Source: Candidatus Saccharimonadota bacterium (GTDB lineage Bacteria > Patescibacteriota > Saccharimonadia > Saccharimonadales > JAUPVS01). Taken from it: a DNA stretch of 64,000 nt. Positions 28,966-37,950 of this stretch are shown piece by piece. The DNA lies in the NCBI GenBank assembly GCA_037139495.1, contig JBAXGG010000001.1, positions 3,025 through 67,024 on the forward strand, written 5' to 3'. Numbering within the stretch: the first letter of the stretch is position 1; every line of letters starts with the position of its first letter. A model generated the notes under the pieces. The model ran no database searches and was not told the DNA's origin. It was given only the letters and a program-made list of their open reading frames with translations. The position numbers were made by a program, and so were the translations under genes.

Positions 28966-30082
28966 TAATGCTGCTGCCACACCGCTAGACGGCACAGTTA
29001 TTAATGCCATGCAGCCGTATTGGCAGGATAAGTTTTTCAACGCCTCGGCCGGTTACCTAGCTGCCAAGCAGGTTCACCAAGATATCCAAAAAGCGCGAGC
29101 TAGCGTCGCTAAAATACTAGGCTCGCGCCCGAGTGAAGTTATTTTTACAGCTGGTGGCACCGAAGCCGACAATTTGGCGATTAACGGCGTCATGCAGGCT
29201 CACCCAAAAGCTAACCTGGTTATTAGCGCTGTCGAGCACAAAGCTATCCTTGAGGTCGCTCGGCAATATCCGTATCAGGTAGTGCCGGTAGGTGTGAACG
29301 GCCTGGTTGATATCGAAAAACTGGTCGAGCAAATTAATGATAAAACTGTTTTAGTTAGCGTCATGTACGCTAACAATGAGCTAGGAACAGTTCAACCTAT
29401 AACCAAAATCGGCCAGGCTATCCAAAAAATTAAACAAGATCGCAATCAGCGCGGTATAAAATTACCACTGTATTTTCATACCGATGCCAGCCAAGCACCT
29501 AATTATTTGAATCTCCAGGTTAACCGATTGGCAGTTGACCTGATGACTCTTAATGGCGGTAAAATCTATGGACCAAAACAGACTGGCGCTCTATACGTAA
29601 AAGCCGGTACAGTTATAAAAGGCCAGATAAGGGGCGGCGGCCAAGAACACAATTTACGTAGCGGAACCGAAAATGTGGCCGGTATAATCGGCTTTACTAG
29701 AGCTCTGGAGATCGCCCAATTAATACGACCAGAGGAAGCCAAGCGACTTGCTGAATTACAGATCCAATTTGAATCTCAGTTAGACAAATTGCCGAAAGTG
29801 GTAATTAATGCTCACCAAAATCGGCTACCTAACTTCGTCCATATAACTATTAAGGGGTTCGATAACGAACAATTGATGATGCAGCTGGATGAGGCGGGAA
29901 TAATCTGCGCCGTTGGATCGGCTTGTAGTGCCAGTAACGAAGAGCCCTCTCATGTCCTAAAAGCAATTGGTTTAAGTAAAGCCGAGGCCCAAAGTTCATT
30001 GCGATTTAGCATGGGCCGACAAACAAGTCCTAAAGATATTAAAAAAACTGTCCAGACATTAACAAAACTACTAAACATGTAA
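28952..30082 (+). CDS. Cysteine desulfurase (class V aminotransferase, NifS/IscS-like)
   Basis: PLP-fold motifs and active-site Cys in GSACSAS. Start placed at MIYLDNAAATP (ORF track begins at 28940). Confidence 0.85.
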   Translation: MIYLDNAAATPLDGTVINAMQPYWQDKFFNASAGYLAAKQVHQDIQKARASVAKILGSRPSEVIFTAGGTEADNLAINGVMQAHPKANLVISAVEHKAILEVARQYPYQVVPVGVNGLVDIEKLVEQINDKTVLVSVMYANNELGTVQPITKIGQAIQKIKQDRNQRGIKLPLYFHTDASQAPNYLNLQVNRLAVDLMTLNGGKIYGPKQTGALYVKAGTVIKGQIRGGGQEHNLRSGTENVAGIIGFTRALEIAQLIRPEEAKRLAELQIQFESQLDKLPKVVINAHQNRLPNFVHITIKGFDNEQLMMQLDEAGIICAVGSACSASNEEPSHVLKAIGLSKAEAQSSLRFSMGRQTSPKDIKKTVQTLTKLLNM

Positions 30083-30384
30083 TTATCTAAAAATAGGCCT
30101 AACAGACCTTCCTAAAGCCTTTACTTAATAGTATCTAAAAAAAGGTATACAAAGAAATAGCCGAAAAAGATGTCTAGGATATCTTAAATGGTGTTTTTCT
30201 GCAGGAACTTTGCGACCAAGGACTGCTTTATTTTGAACAGAAAATAAACGAAAACAAGATGTTTTTATAGCAGGATTTACCGCCAATAATGTATTTCACA
30301 GCAACGTGAGAACCACATAAGGGATAATTAATTTTGATAATGGTGATGGCAAAACAGGGGTAACTTTGCTAAAATAGGTTAGAT

Positions 30385-31422
30385 ATGGCAAAGAAAGTTT
30401 ATGTCGGTCTAAGCGGTGGCGTTGATAGTTCAGTGACTGCAGCTTTGCTCGTGGAGCAGGGTTACGAAGTTACGGGGGTTTACATGAAAAACTGGAGCCA
30501 GGACTTTTCAGGCTTTGATTGCCCCTGGAAAGATGACTACCAAGATGCCAAGCGCGTTGCCGTCCAGCTAGGCATACCCTTTAAAATGTATGACTTCGAA
30601 AAAGAGTATCGTCAGAAAGTTGTTAATTATATGGTCGCCGAATATCAGGTTGGTAACACGCCGAATCCAGATATTATGTGCAACCAAGAGGTCAAATTCA
30701 AACTCTTTTTAGAAACCGCCTTAGAGGATGGTGCTGACCTAATTGCCACAGGTCACTATGCCCGTGTAAAAAACGGGCGGTTACTAACAGCAGCCAATAA
30801 AGAAAAAGATCAAACATATTTTTTGTATCGAGTTAGCGAAGACGCATTAAAGCACGTCTTAATGCCAATTGGTGACTATAAAACCAAAATAGAAGTTCGT
30901 TCCCTGGCAAAGAAGTTCGGGTTGGCTACAGCCGAGAAGAAAGACTCTCAGGGGATATGTTTTGTCGGCAAGGTTGGCATTAAGGACTTCTTGCTACACG
31001 AACTTGGACCGCAGGCACCAGGCTTAATCAAGAATGAATCAGGGAAGGTTATTGGTCAGCATGAGGGTGCGATCTTTTATACCATCGGACAACGACACGG
31101 TTTAAGTGTTGGCGGTGGTCTGCCATATTACGTAGTTGGCAAGGACATGAAGAAAAACGAAGTTTACGTCACAACCAACCTGGATGACAAAGAACTATGG
31201 CATAAATCTTTGCAACTAAGCAGCGTCCACTGGATTAACAGCCAGCCTTCAGCTACTAAACTTCAGGTCAGAACTCGATACCGAGCCGATCTAGTTAATT
31301 GCATAATTAGTGAGGATGGCAAGATTGTTGAGCTTGAAGACGAGGTCAGGGCGGTGACTTCTGGACAATCAGCAGTCTTTTATGATGGCGACAAAGTTTT
31401 AGGCGGCGGGATTATAAGCTAG
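30385..31422 (+). CDS. mnmA: tRNA-specific 2-thiouridylase MnmA
   Basis: VGLSGGVDSSV PP-loop, NPDIMCN, and C-terminal catalytic Cys in CFVG. Confidence 0.9.
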   Translation: MAKKVYVGLSGGVDSSVTAALLVEQGYEVTGVYMKNWSQDFSGFDCPWKDDYQDAKRVAVQLGIPFKMYDFEKEYRQKVVNYMVAEYQVGNTPNPDIMCNQEVKFKLFLETALEDGADLIATGHYARVKNGRLLTAANKEKDQTYFLYRVSEDALKHVLMPIGDYKTKIEVRSLAKKFGLATAEKKDSQGICFVGKVGIKDFLLHELGPQAPGLIKNESGKVIGQHEGAIFYTIGQRHGLSVGGGLPYYVVGKDMKKNEVYVTTNLDDKELWHKSLQLSSVHWINSQPSATKLQVRTRYRADLVNCIISEDGKIVELEDEVRAVTSGQSAVFYDGDKVLGGGIIS

Positions 31423-31487
31423 TAGGTAGGCACCCATCAGCACAGTCTCATCATATATAATTTTAAATCTGGTATACTCTAACAGAT

Positions 31488-33374
31488 ATGAATGCTCAAG
31501 AAATCCGAAAAGCTTATTTGGACTTTTTCAAGGGACAAAAGCACGAATTAATCCAGCTGGCTCAATTAGTGCCCCAAAATGACCCAACTACACTTTTTAC
31601 CGGTTCTGGTATGCAGCCACTCATCCCATATTTATTGGGCGAAAAGCACCCTAGCGGCGTTCGTCTTGTTAATAGCCAAACTTGTTTGCGCGCCCAAGAT
31701 ATTGAAGAGGTCGGCGATAATCGTCACACAACCTTCTTTGAGATGCTCGGTAACTGGAGTCTGGGCGATTATTTTAAGAAGGAGCAGATTGCCTGGTTTT
31801 TTGAGTTTTTGGTAGACAAGGTCGGTCTGGACCCTCAGAAAATCTACGTTACCTGTTTTATTGGTAGTAAAGAACATAATATCCCTCGTGATGACGAAGC
31901 CGCTGCTATTTGGCAAAAACTGTTTAAGTCTAAAGGTATCGATGCTAAGATTGCCGAGATTGGTAGTCAAGCTAATGGCGACAAGCGCGGTATTAAAGAA
32001 GGGGAACGCATCTTCTTTTACGATGATGGCGAAAACTGGTGGAGCCGTGCTGGTGGCCTCGATAAAACTCCGATTGGTGACCCTTGCGGACCAGATAGCG
32101 AAGTTTTCTACAATTTTGGCCCCCAGAATCACAACCCTTCTTTTGGACATGCCCACCCAGCCAGTGATTCAGGCCAGTTTATGGAAATTGGCAACCAAGT
32201 TTTTATGCAGTATTTGCGTACTGATAAAGGTTTTGAGGAACTGCCTAAACCTAACGTTGATTTTGGCGGTGGCTTGGAACGTATCGCCGCTGCCGCTATC
32301 GATAGCCCAGATGTTTTTAAAATTAGCATAATGTGGCCAATTATCGATCAGCTAGAAAAACTTTCTGGCAAAAAGTACGGCAATCACCAAGCTAGCATGC
32401 GGGTTATTGCTGATCACTTGCGAGCGGCCACCTTCCTAGCCGTTGATGGAATCGTTCCCTCCAACAAAACCCAAGGTTATGTTATGCGTCGCTTGTTGCG
32501 TCGCGCCATCCGCTTTGCATTTGAACTTGGCATCGAACAAAACTTCTTGCAAGACGTAGCCCCAGTTATTACGGATCTGTACCATCATGATTACCCAGAG
32601 GTGGCCGAACAGCGAGACAAGGTTGTCGATATTTTGGTTCGGGAAGAAAAGATTTTCCGACAGACACTGCGCAAAGGGCTGCATGAGTTCAACAAAATGG
32701 CCGGCAAAGAACTAACTGGCGAGACTCTATTTAAACTTTATGACACATATGGTTTCCCAACAGAGCTTACACATGAAGAAGCCTTTAAACAAGATTTGCC
32801 AGTTGCTAAAACCGCTCAAGATGATTTCGAGAAGCTCATGCAGGAACAGCGTGAACGCTCACAAACGGCCAGTAAGGGTACCTTTAAAGGTGGTCTTGGT
32901 GGTCAAACCCTGCAACACAAAAAATATCATACCGCTACGCACCTTATGTACCAGGCCTTAAGAAACGTTCTGGGCGACCACGTTATTCAGCGCGGTTCTA
33001 ACATTACCGAAGAACGCCTGCGTTTTGACTTTAGCCACCACGAAAAAGTGACTCCTGAGCAAATCAAAGAAGTCGAAAAAATAGTAAACGAACAGATTGG
33101 TAACGATCTTAAAGTCAGTTTCGAGGAATATCCTACAAAAGTTGCTCGAGAAGAAAAAGGTGCTTTGGGCCAATTTGGTGATCGTTACGGGGAGCGGGTC
33201 AAAGTTTATACGATGATTGCTGACGGCGCTAAAAAGCCATTTAGTTTTGAAATATGCGGCGGACCCCATGTTGACCATACTCTGCAATTATTTGAAGACG
33301 GCAAGAAGTTTAAGATACTAAAAGAAGAAGCCAGCTCTGCCGGGGTCCGAAGAATCAAGGCCGTATTAGCGTAA
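31488..33374 (+). CDS. alaS: Alanyl-tRNA synthetase, compact form lacking the C-terminal C-Ala domain
   Basis: FTGSGMQ and HTTFFEMLGNWSLGDYFK class II motifs; editing-domain HxxxH (HTATHLMYQ) and CGGPHV motifs. It ends right after the editing domain at 628 aa. Confidence 0.85.
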   Translation: MNAQEIRKAYLDFFKGQKHELIQLAQLVPQNDPTTLFTGSGMQPLIPYLLGEKHPSGVRLVNSQTCLRAQDIEEVGDNRHTTFFEMLGNWSLGDYFKKEQIAWFFEFLVDKVGLDPQKIYVTCFIGSKEHNIPRDDEAAAIWQKLFKSKGIDAKIAEIGSQANGDKRGIKEGERIFFYDDGENWWSRAGGLDKTPIGDPCGPDSEVFYNFGPQNHNPSFGHAHPASDSGQFMEIGNQVFMQYLRTDKGFEELPKPNVDFGGGLERIAAAAIDSPDVFKISIMWPIIDQLEKLSGKKYGNHQASMRVIADHLRAATFLAVDGIVPSNKTQGYVMRRLLRRAIRFAFELGIEQNFLQDVAPVITDLYHHDYPEVAEQRDKVVDILVREEKIFRQTLRKGLHEFNKMAGKELTGETLFKLYDTYGFPTELTHEEAFKQDLPVAKTAQDDFEKLMQEQRERSQTASKGTFKGGLGGQTLQHKKYHTATHLMYQALRNVLGDHVIQRGSNITEERLRFDFSHHEKVTPEQIKEVEKIVNEQIGNDLKVSFEEYPTKVAREEKGALGQFGDRYGERVKVYTMIADGAKKPFSFEICGGPHVDHTLQLFEDGKKFKILKEEASSAGVRRIKAVLA

Positions 33375-33465
33375 AACTCAGCTGGTTCACAGACAGCCTG
33401 TTTATAACTATAGGTAGTTTGAGCGACTTACTTCATAGAGCCAGTCTAAGATGTTAAAATAAAAG

Positions 33466-34770
33466 GTGATTATGCTTGGAAAACTAAAGCGTTCTAATGG
33501 CGCATATAAAAAAACCGGTGAACAATATATTGTTGGCCTGGATATTGGCACCGAATACGTAAAAGCCTTAATTGGCGTCCTGAAAGACGATAAGATCGAA
33601 GTTATCGGTGTTGGCCGTACTCATCAGGAACTAAACGACATGCAGGCCGGGGCGATTGCCGACATCACAGGAGTGGTGCGCAACTGCAACGAAGCTTTAA
33701 ACATTGCCGAAAAACAAGCTGGCACAACTGTTCGTACTGGTGTTATTGGTATAGCCGGTGAGCTAGTTAAGGGTACAACTACCACTGTCCGAGCCACCCG
33801 AAAAAACCCGACCAAAGCTCTGGACGTACCGGAGGTAGAAAAGATTATTGGTCTAGTTCAGAAGCGAGCCGAAGAGCGTGCTAAACAGCAGTTGGCCTGG
33901 GAATTGGGCGGTAAAGAAGTTGAAGTTCGTTTGGTTAACAGTGCCTTGGTCGGTATCGAAATCGATGGTTACAAGGTTACTAACCCAATTGGCTTTCAGG
34001 GTAAGGACGTAGTTGTGCAGCTCTATACGGCCTTCGCTCCATTAATTCATATTGGCGCCCTAGAAAAAACTGCTCAGGAGCTAGACCTAGATTTATTAGC
34101 TGTAGCCGCCGAACCTTTTGCCGTCTCCCGGGCCGTTATCGGTAATGATCCAAATGCCAGCATGAGTGCTATCTTGATGGATGTCGGTGGCGGTACTACC
34201 GATATTGCGGTCGTTAACGACGGCGGTGTCCAGGGAACCAAGATGTTTGGAATCGGCGGTCGCGCCTATACTAGAGCTGTCGAGAAGGAACTGGATATAT
34301 CCTTTGCCCAAGCCGAAGAATTAAAAATCGGTTTACAATCTAACAAGACTCCTCGGACAGAAGTACCCTCTATCGAGAAAGCTCTAAAAAAGACTGCTGA
34401 CGTCTGGATTGACGGCGTCGAACTTGCCCTATCGGAGTTTGACAAGTTAGATCATCTACCAAATCGAGTTTTATTGTGTGGTGGCGGGTCATCTCTTGAT
34501 GCCTTGGTTGATACGCTAAATTCTAGCCAGTGGTATGGCCAGCTTCCGTTTACCCGCAAGCCAGTTGTACAATATATACGTCCCGAACAAGTTATGGGTA
34601 TCGTCGACAAGACTGGCGACGTTACCGATCATACCTTTGTAACGGCCATGGGATTGTTGCGAGTTGGCGCTGACACTGTGCAGCAACAGGATGCTCCAGC
34701 GAGCACAACCAAAACAAGCTCTCCCAAAGGAAGTTTTAAAGAACGATTAGACAGGATGTTGCGCGTATGA
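33466..34770 (+). CDS. ftsA: Cell division protein FtsA (actin-family ATPase)
   Basis: VGLDIGTEYVKALIG phosphate-1, DVGGGTTDIAVV phosphate-2, SFAQAEELKIG, and a C-terminal amphipathic helix GSFKERLDRMLRV resembling the E. coli FtsA membrane-targeting helix. Confidence 0.7.
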   Translation: MIMLGKLKRSNGAYKKTGEQYIVGLDIGTEYVKALIGVLKDDKIEVIGVGRTHQELNDMQAGAIADITGVVRNCNEALNIAEKQAGTTVRTGVIGIAGELVKGTTTTVRATRKNPTKALDVPEVEKIIGLVQKRAEERAKQQLAWELGGKEVEVRLVNSALVGIEIDGYKVTNPIGFQGKDVVVQLYTAFAPLIHIGALEKTAQELDLDLLAVAAEPFAVSRAVIGNDPNASMSAILMDVGGGTTDIAVVNDGGVQGTKMFGIGGRAYTRAVEKELDISFAQAEELKIGLQSNKTPRTEVPSIEKALKKTADVWIDGVELALSEFDKLDHLPNRVLLCGGGSSLDALVDTLNSSQWYGQLPFTRKPVVQYIRPEQVMGIVDKTGDVTDHTFVTAMGLLRVGADTVQQQDAPASTTKTSSPKGSFKERLDRMLRV

Positions 34771-36422
34771 CCGAAGCTCAAAAAGATACTATCTACATCG
34801 ATGTTGACGACGAAATCACTGGCATTATCGAAAAGGTCAAAGACAGCCCGCACAAAATTGTTGCTTTGGTGCTACCTAAACGCGCCACAGTTTTGCAGAG
34901 CATCGTCAACATGAAGCTGCTTAATCGCAGTGCTAAAACTGCTAAAAAGAGCCTGGTATTAATTACATCGGAAGCTGGCCTGCTACCTTTAGCTGGAGCG
35001 GTCGGGGTCCATGTTGCTAAAAACCTCCAATCCAAGCCTGCCATTCCAGCCGGGCCTGCTACCGATGAGATCCCTGAGTCACTGATAAATGAAGAAGAAA
35101 TTGATGCCGATGAGGATGACCCAGAAATTGACGACAGTAAGCCAATCGGCGATCTAGCCGGTGTTGCTGATGAAGAAGAAACTATCGATCTAAACGACGA
35201 TGAGCCCGCTACAGCAGATAAAAAAGCTGACAAACCAGCCAAAGACAAAAAACTCAAAGTTCCAAACTTCGAACGCTTCCGTAAATGGCTAATAATTGGC
35301 GGGATTGCTCTCCTAGTTTTAATTGTAGGCGGTTACTTTGCCATGGTGCGTATGCCCAAGGCTAACATCGTTATTACCACTGATTCAACCGATACAACTA
35401 CGAATGTTGCTTTTACGGCTAACACTAGTACCAAAACTTACGACGAAGCCGCAAAGGTTATTCCGGCCGAAATGCCATCTGTCAAAAAAACCGACAGCCA
35501 ATCGGCGCCCGCAACCGGGCAGAAGAATAACGGGACCAAAGCAACTGGAACAGTGACTATTACAGCTCAAAAATGTGGGATTATTAGCGTTAATCCTCCG
35601 GCCTCTATTGCAGCAGGGACGGGAGTTAGCTCTGGGGGTCAGACTTATATTACCCAGAAAACGACCGTCTTCACTACTCTAGAACCAAAAGACAGCTGTA
35701 TTAACTACAAGTCAACCCCTACTGATATAACAGCGCAGAACGGCGGGGTGGCCTACAACGTAAGCGGCGCTACGTTTACGGTTAGCGGTCGTTCCGATAT
35801 TAGTAGTGCGACTGGTAGTGCTAACGGCGGTACCGACAACATGGTAAAAGTAGTCTCTCAAGCCGACGTTGATGCCGCCAAAGCCAAGCTGACTACTCAA
35901 GCTCAATCCGATGCCGCCAAGACGGAACTTACTAATACACTTAAAAAAGACGGCATGTTCATTATTACCTCTAGCTTAGCTGTTGATGGACCGACAATTA
36001 CAACGGCTCCTAACGTCGGTGACCCAGCCGATAATGTAACGGTAACGTCGACTGCTACTTATACGCTGTTGGGCGTTAATCAGGATGACCTAAACAAGCT
36101 AATTACCGCCCAAGCCAAAGGTCAGATCGATCAGGGTAAACAGACCGTCCAGGATACCGGGTTAAGTACAGCAACGTTTACAGTCCAGGGCAAGGATAAC
36201 CCGCAGGTTGTGGCAACCACTACAGTGACAATCGGTCCGAACCTCGATACCAATGCTATCAAAAAAGAAATCGCCGGCAAAAAGAAGGCTGAAACAACTG
36301 ATATTATCCAGAGTCGTCCTTCGATTAAATCTGTCACTGTTAATTACAGCCCATTCTGGGTCAATAAAACTCCTAAAAATGCCAATAAGGTGACAATTAC
36401 ATTCAATAAAGCGGGCAAGTAG
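34767..36422 (+). CDS. Hypothetical bitopic membrane protein, translationally coupled to ftsA
   Basis: ATGA start/stop overlap with ftsA. About 120-aa cytoplasmic N-domain, acidic linker, one TM helix (IIGGIALLVLIVGGYFAMV), then a ~350-aa Thr/Gly/Ser-rich, probably beta-rich, extracytoplasmic domain. No family recognised. Confidence 0.55.
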   Translation: MTEAQKDTIYIDVDDEITGIIEKVKDSPHKIVALVLPKRATVLQSIVNMKLLNRSAKTAKKSLVLITSEAGLLPLAGAVGVHVAKNLQSKPAIPAGPATDEIPESLINEEEIDADEDDPEIDDSKPIGDLAGVADEEETIDLNDDEPATADKKADKPAKDKKLKVPNFERFRKWLIIGGIALLVLIVGGYFAMVRMPKANIVITTDSTDTTTNVAFTANTSTKTYDEAAKVIPAEMPSVKKTDSQSAPATGQKNNGTKATGTVTITAQKCGIISVNPPASIAAGTGVSSGGQTYITQKTTVFTTLEPKDSCINYKSTPTDITAQNGGVAYNVSGATFTVSGRSDISSATGSANGGTDNMVKVVSQADVDAAKAKLTTQAQSDAAKTELTNTLKKDGMFIITSSLAVDGPTITTAPNVGDPADNVTVTSTATYTLLGVNQDDLNKLITAQAKGQIDQGKQTVQDTGLSTATFTVQGKDNPQVVATTTVTIGPNLDTNAIKKEIAGKKKAETTDIIQSRPSIKSVTVNYSPFWVNKTPKNANKVTITFNKAGK

Positions 36423-36424
36423 TA

Positions 36425-36856
36425 ATGCAGTCCTCTCAGAACCCTAATGCACGCATTGTAGCGTTGGACGTTGGTAAAAAACGGATTGGTGTGGCAAGCG
36501 CGAATGTCATTGCTCGTCTTGCCAGCCCATTAACCACCCTAGACGTAAGCGATAATATCATTGAAGATATTAAGCAGCTACTGGCTCGAGAGACTGCACA
36601 AGCATTAGTAATTGGCCTACCGCGTAATCTGCAGGGCGAAGACACCGACCAAACTAGGACGGTTCGTCAGTTCGCCGCTGGACTAGAAAAACAAATAAGT
36701 ATCCCGATTTACTGGCAGGACGAGGCTCTAACTTCTCACTTATCAAAAGAACGTCTTAAAGTATCACAAAAAACTTACCAAAAAGGTCAAGTTGACGCCC
36801 TGGCAGCCACCTATATTTTAGAAGATTATTTGGTATCAATGCCGGATTCCAAATAA
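36425..36856 (+). CDS. ruvX: Putative pre-16S rRNA nuclease / Holliday-junction-resolvase-like YqgF
   Basis: N-terminal ALDVGKKRIGVA motif; 143 aa. Confidence 0.85.
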   Translation: MQSSQNPNARIVALDVGKKRIGVASANVIARLASPLTTLDVSDNIIEDIKQLLARETAQALVIGLPRNLQGEDTDQTRTVRQFAAGLEKQISIPIYWQDEALTSHLSKERLKVSQKTYQKGQVDALAATYILEDYLVSMPDSK

Positions 36857-37905
36857 TGGTAAAAAATAATCATTACCGAACACGAATAAGACGGTGGCCG
36901 TTAATTACCTTTTTATCGATATTTGTCGGGTTGGCTGTAGTTATCGGTGGAGTCTGGATGGTGCGATACTACTATTACCCTAACCTACTACCTTTTAGCA
37001 GTAGCCAGACTGCGGTAACCGTTACGATCCCAACCGGCTCTTCGGTTAGTCAGATTGCCGGCATACTACATCAAAATAAGTTAATCAGAGATTCTAGAGT
37101 TTTCACTCAATATGTACGTACTCAAAACGTTCAGGATAAGTTACAGGCGGGAACTTACTCCCTACGACCGAGTGATAGTGTGCAAAAAATTACTAAGATT
37201 TTAACCGGTGGAGATATCCAGAAGAACTTGTTTACAATTCTCCCTGGCCAAAGGCTCGACCAAATTAGAAGCTCGATGATTAATGCTGGATTCCCGGCTG
37301 CTCAGGTTGATCAAGCAATGAATTCGGCACTATATAAAAATCACCCAATTCTGGCTTATAAGCAGGCCGAAGCTAGCCTAGAGGGCTACCTGTATCCTAA
37401 TTCCTACCATCGGATTGCCGAAACAACACCACAACAAATTATTAAGCAGTCATTGGATGAGATGCAAAAACAACTAACTCCAGCAATTCGCGATGCTTTT
37501 GTTGCTCAAGGCTTAACTGCTCATCAGGGGGTTACTTTGGCGTCGGTAGTGGAAATGGAGGTTTCTAAGCCCATTGATCGCCCGATTGTCGCCCAGGTGT
37601 TCCTTTCCCGTCTACGATTAAGTAAAAATCTTGAGTCGGATGCTATAACAGCCTATGGTGATATTCTGGCTGGGCATAGCCCCAGCACCACATTCGATAC
37701 CCCGTACAACGTATATATCCACCCCGGCTTGCCAATAGGGCCGATTAGTAATGTTAGCGAGGATGCCTTGCAAGCAGTTGCGCATCCGGCCGCTACTAAT
37801 TGGTTATATTTTGTATCTGGTGACGATGGCACTACTCACTTTTCTAGCAACCTACAAGATCACCAGGCACTGACTAAACAGTACTGTAAAAAACTCTGTC
37901 AGTAG
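36856..37905 (+). CDS. mltG: Endolytic murein transglycosylase MltG (YceG family)
   Basis: N-terminal TM, YceG-like body, and the GLPIGPISN motif near the C-terminus (analogous to GLPPTPI); the ruvX-mltG adjacency is conserved. Confidence 0.8.
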   Translation: MVKNNHYRTRIRRWPLITFLSIFVGLAVVIGGVWMVRYYYYPNLLPFSSSQTAVTVTIPTGSSVSQIAGILHQNKLIRDSRVFTQYVRTQNVQDKLQAGTYSLRPSDSVQKITKILTGGDIQKNLFTILPGQRLDQIRSSMINAGFPAAQVDQAMNSALYKNHPILAYKQAEASLEGYLYPNSYHRIAETTPQQIIKQSLDEMQKQLTPAIRDAFVAQGLTAHQGVTLASVVEMEVSKPIDRPIVAQVFLSRLRLSKNLESDAITAYGDILAGHSPSTTFDTPYNVYIHPGLPIGPISNVSEDALQAVAHPAATNWLYFVSGDDGTTHFSSNLQDHQALTKQYCKKLCQ

Positions 37906-37950
37906 AACTTCAAAAATGGCCAAAAGGGCCGATTTTTGGTATAATCTGGG

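Noticed and set aside
30083-30384. 300-bp noncoding spacer before mnmA as a riboswitch or sRNA
   Set aside because: No recognisable riboswitch consensus (T-box, SAM, etc.) or strong conserved hairpin series could be identified by eye, so the idea stays unsupported.
31579-32331. Several 66-174 aa ORFs on both strands inside alaS
   Set aside because: They are entirely internal to a well-supported AlaRS reading frame and have no RBS or motifs.
34793-35257. 154-aa antisense ORF inside the ftsA-coupled gene
   Set aside because: Ser-rich low-complexity translation of the antisense strand of an acidic linker region; spurious.
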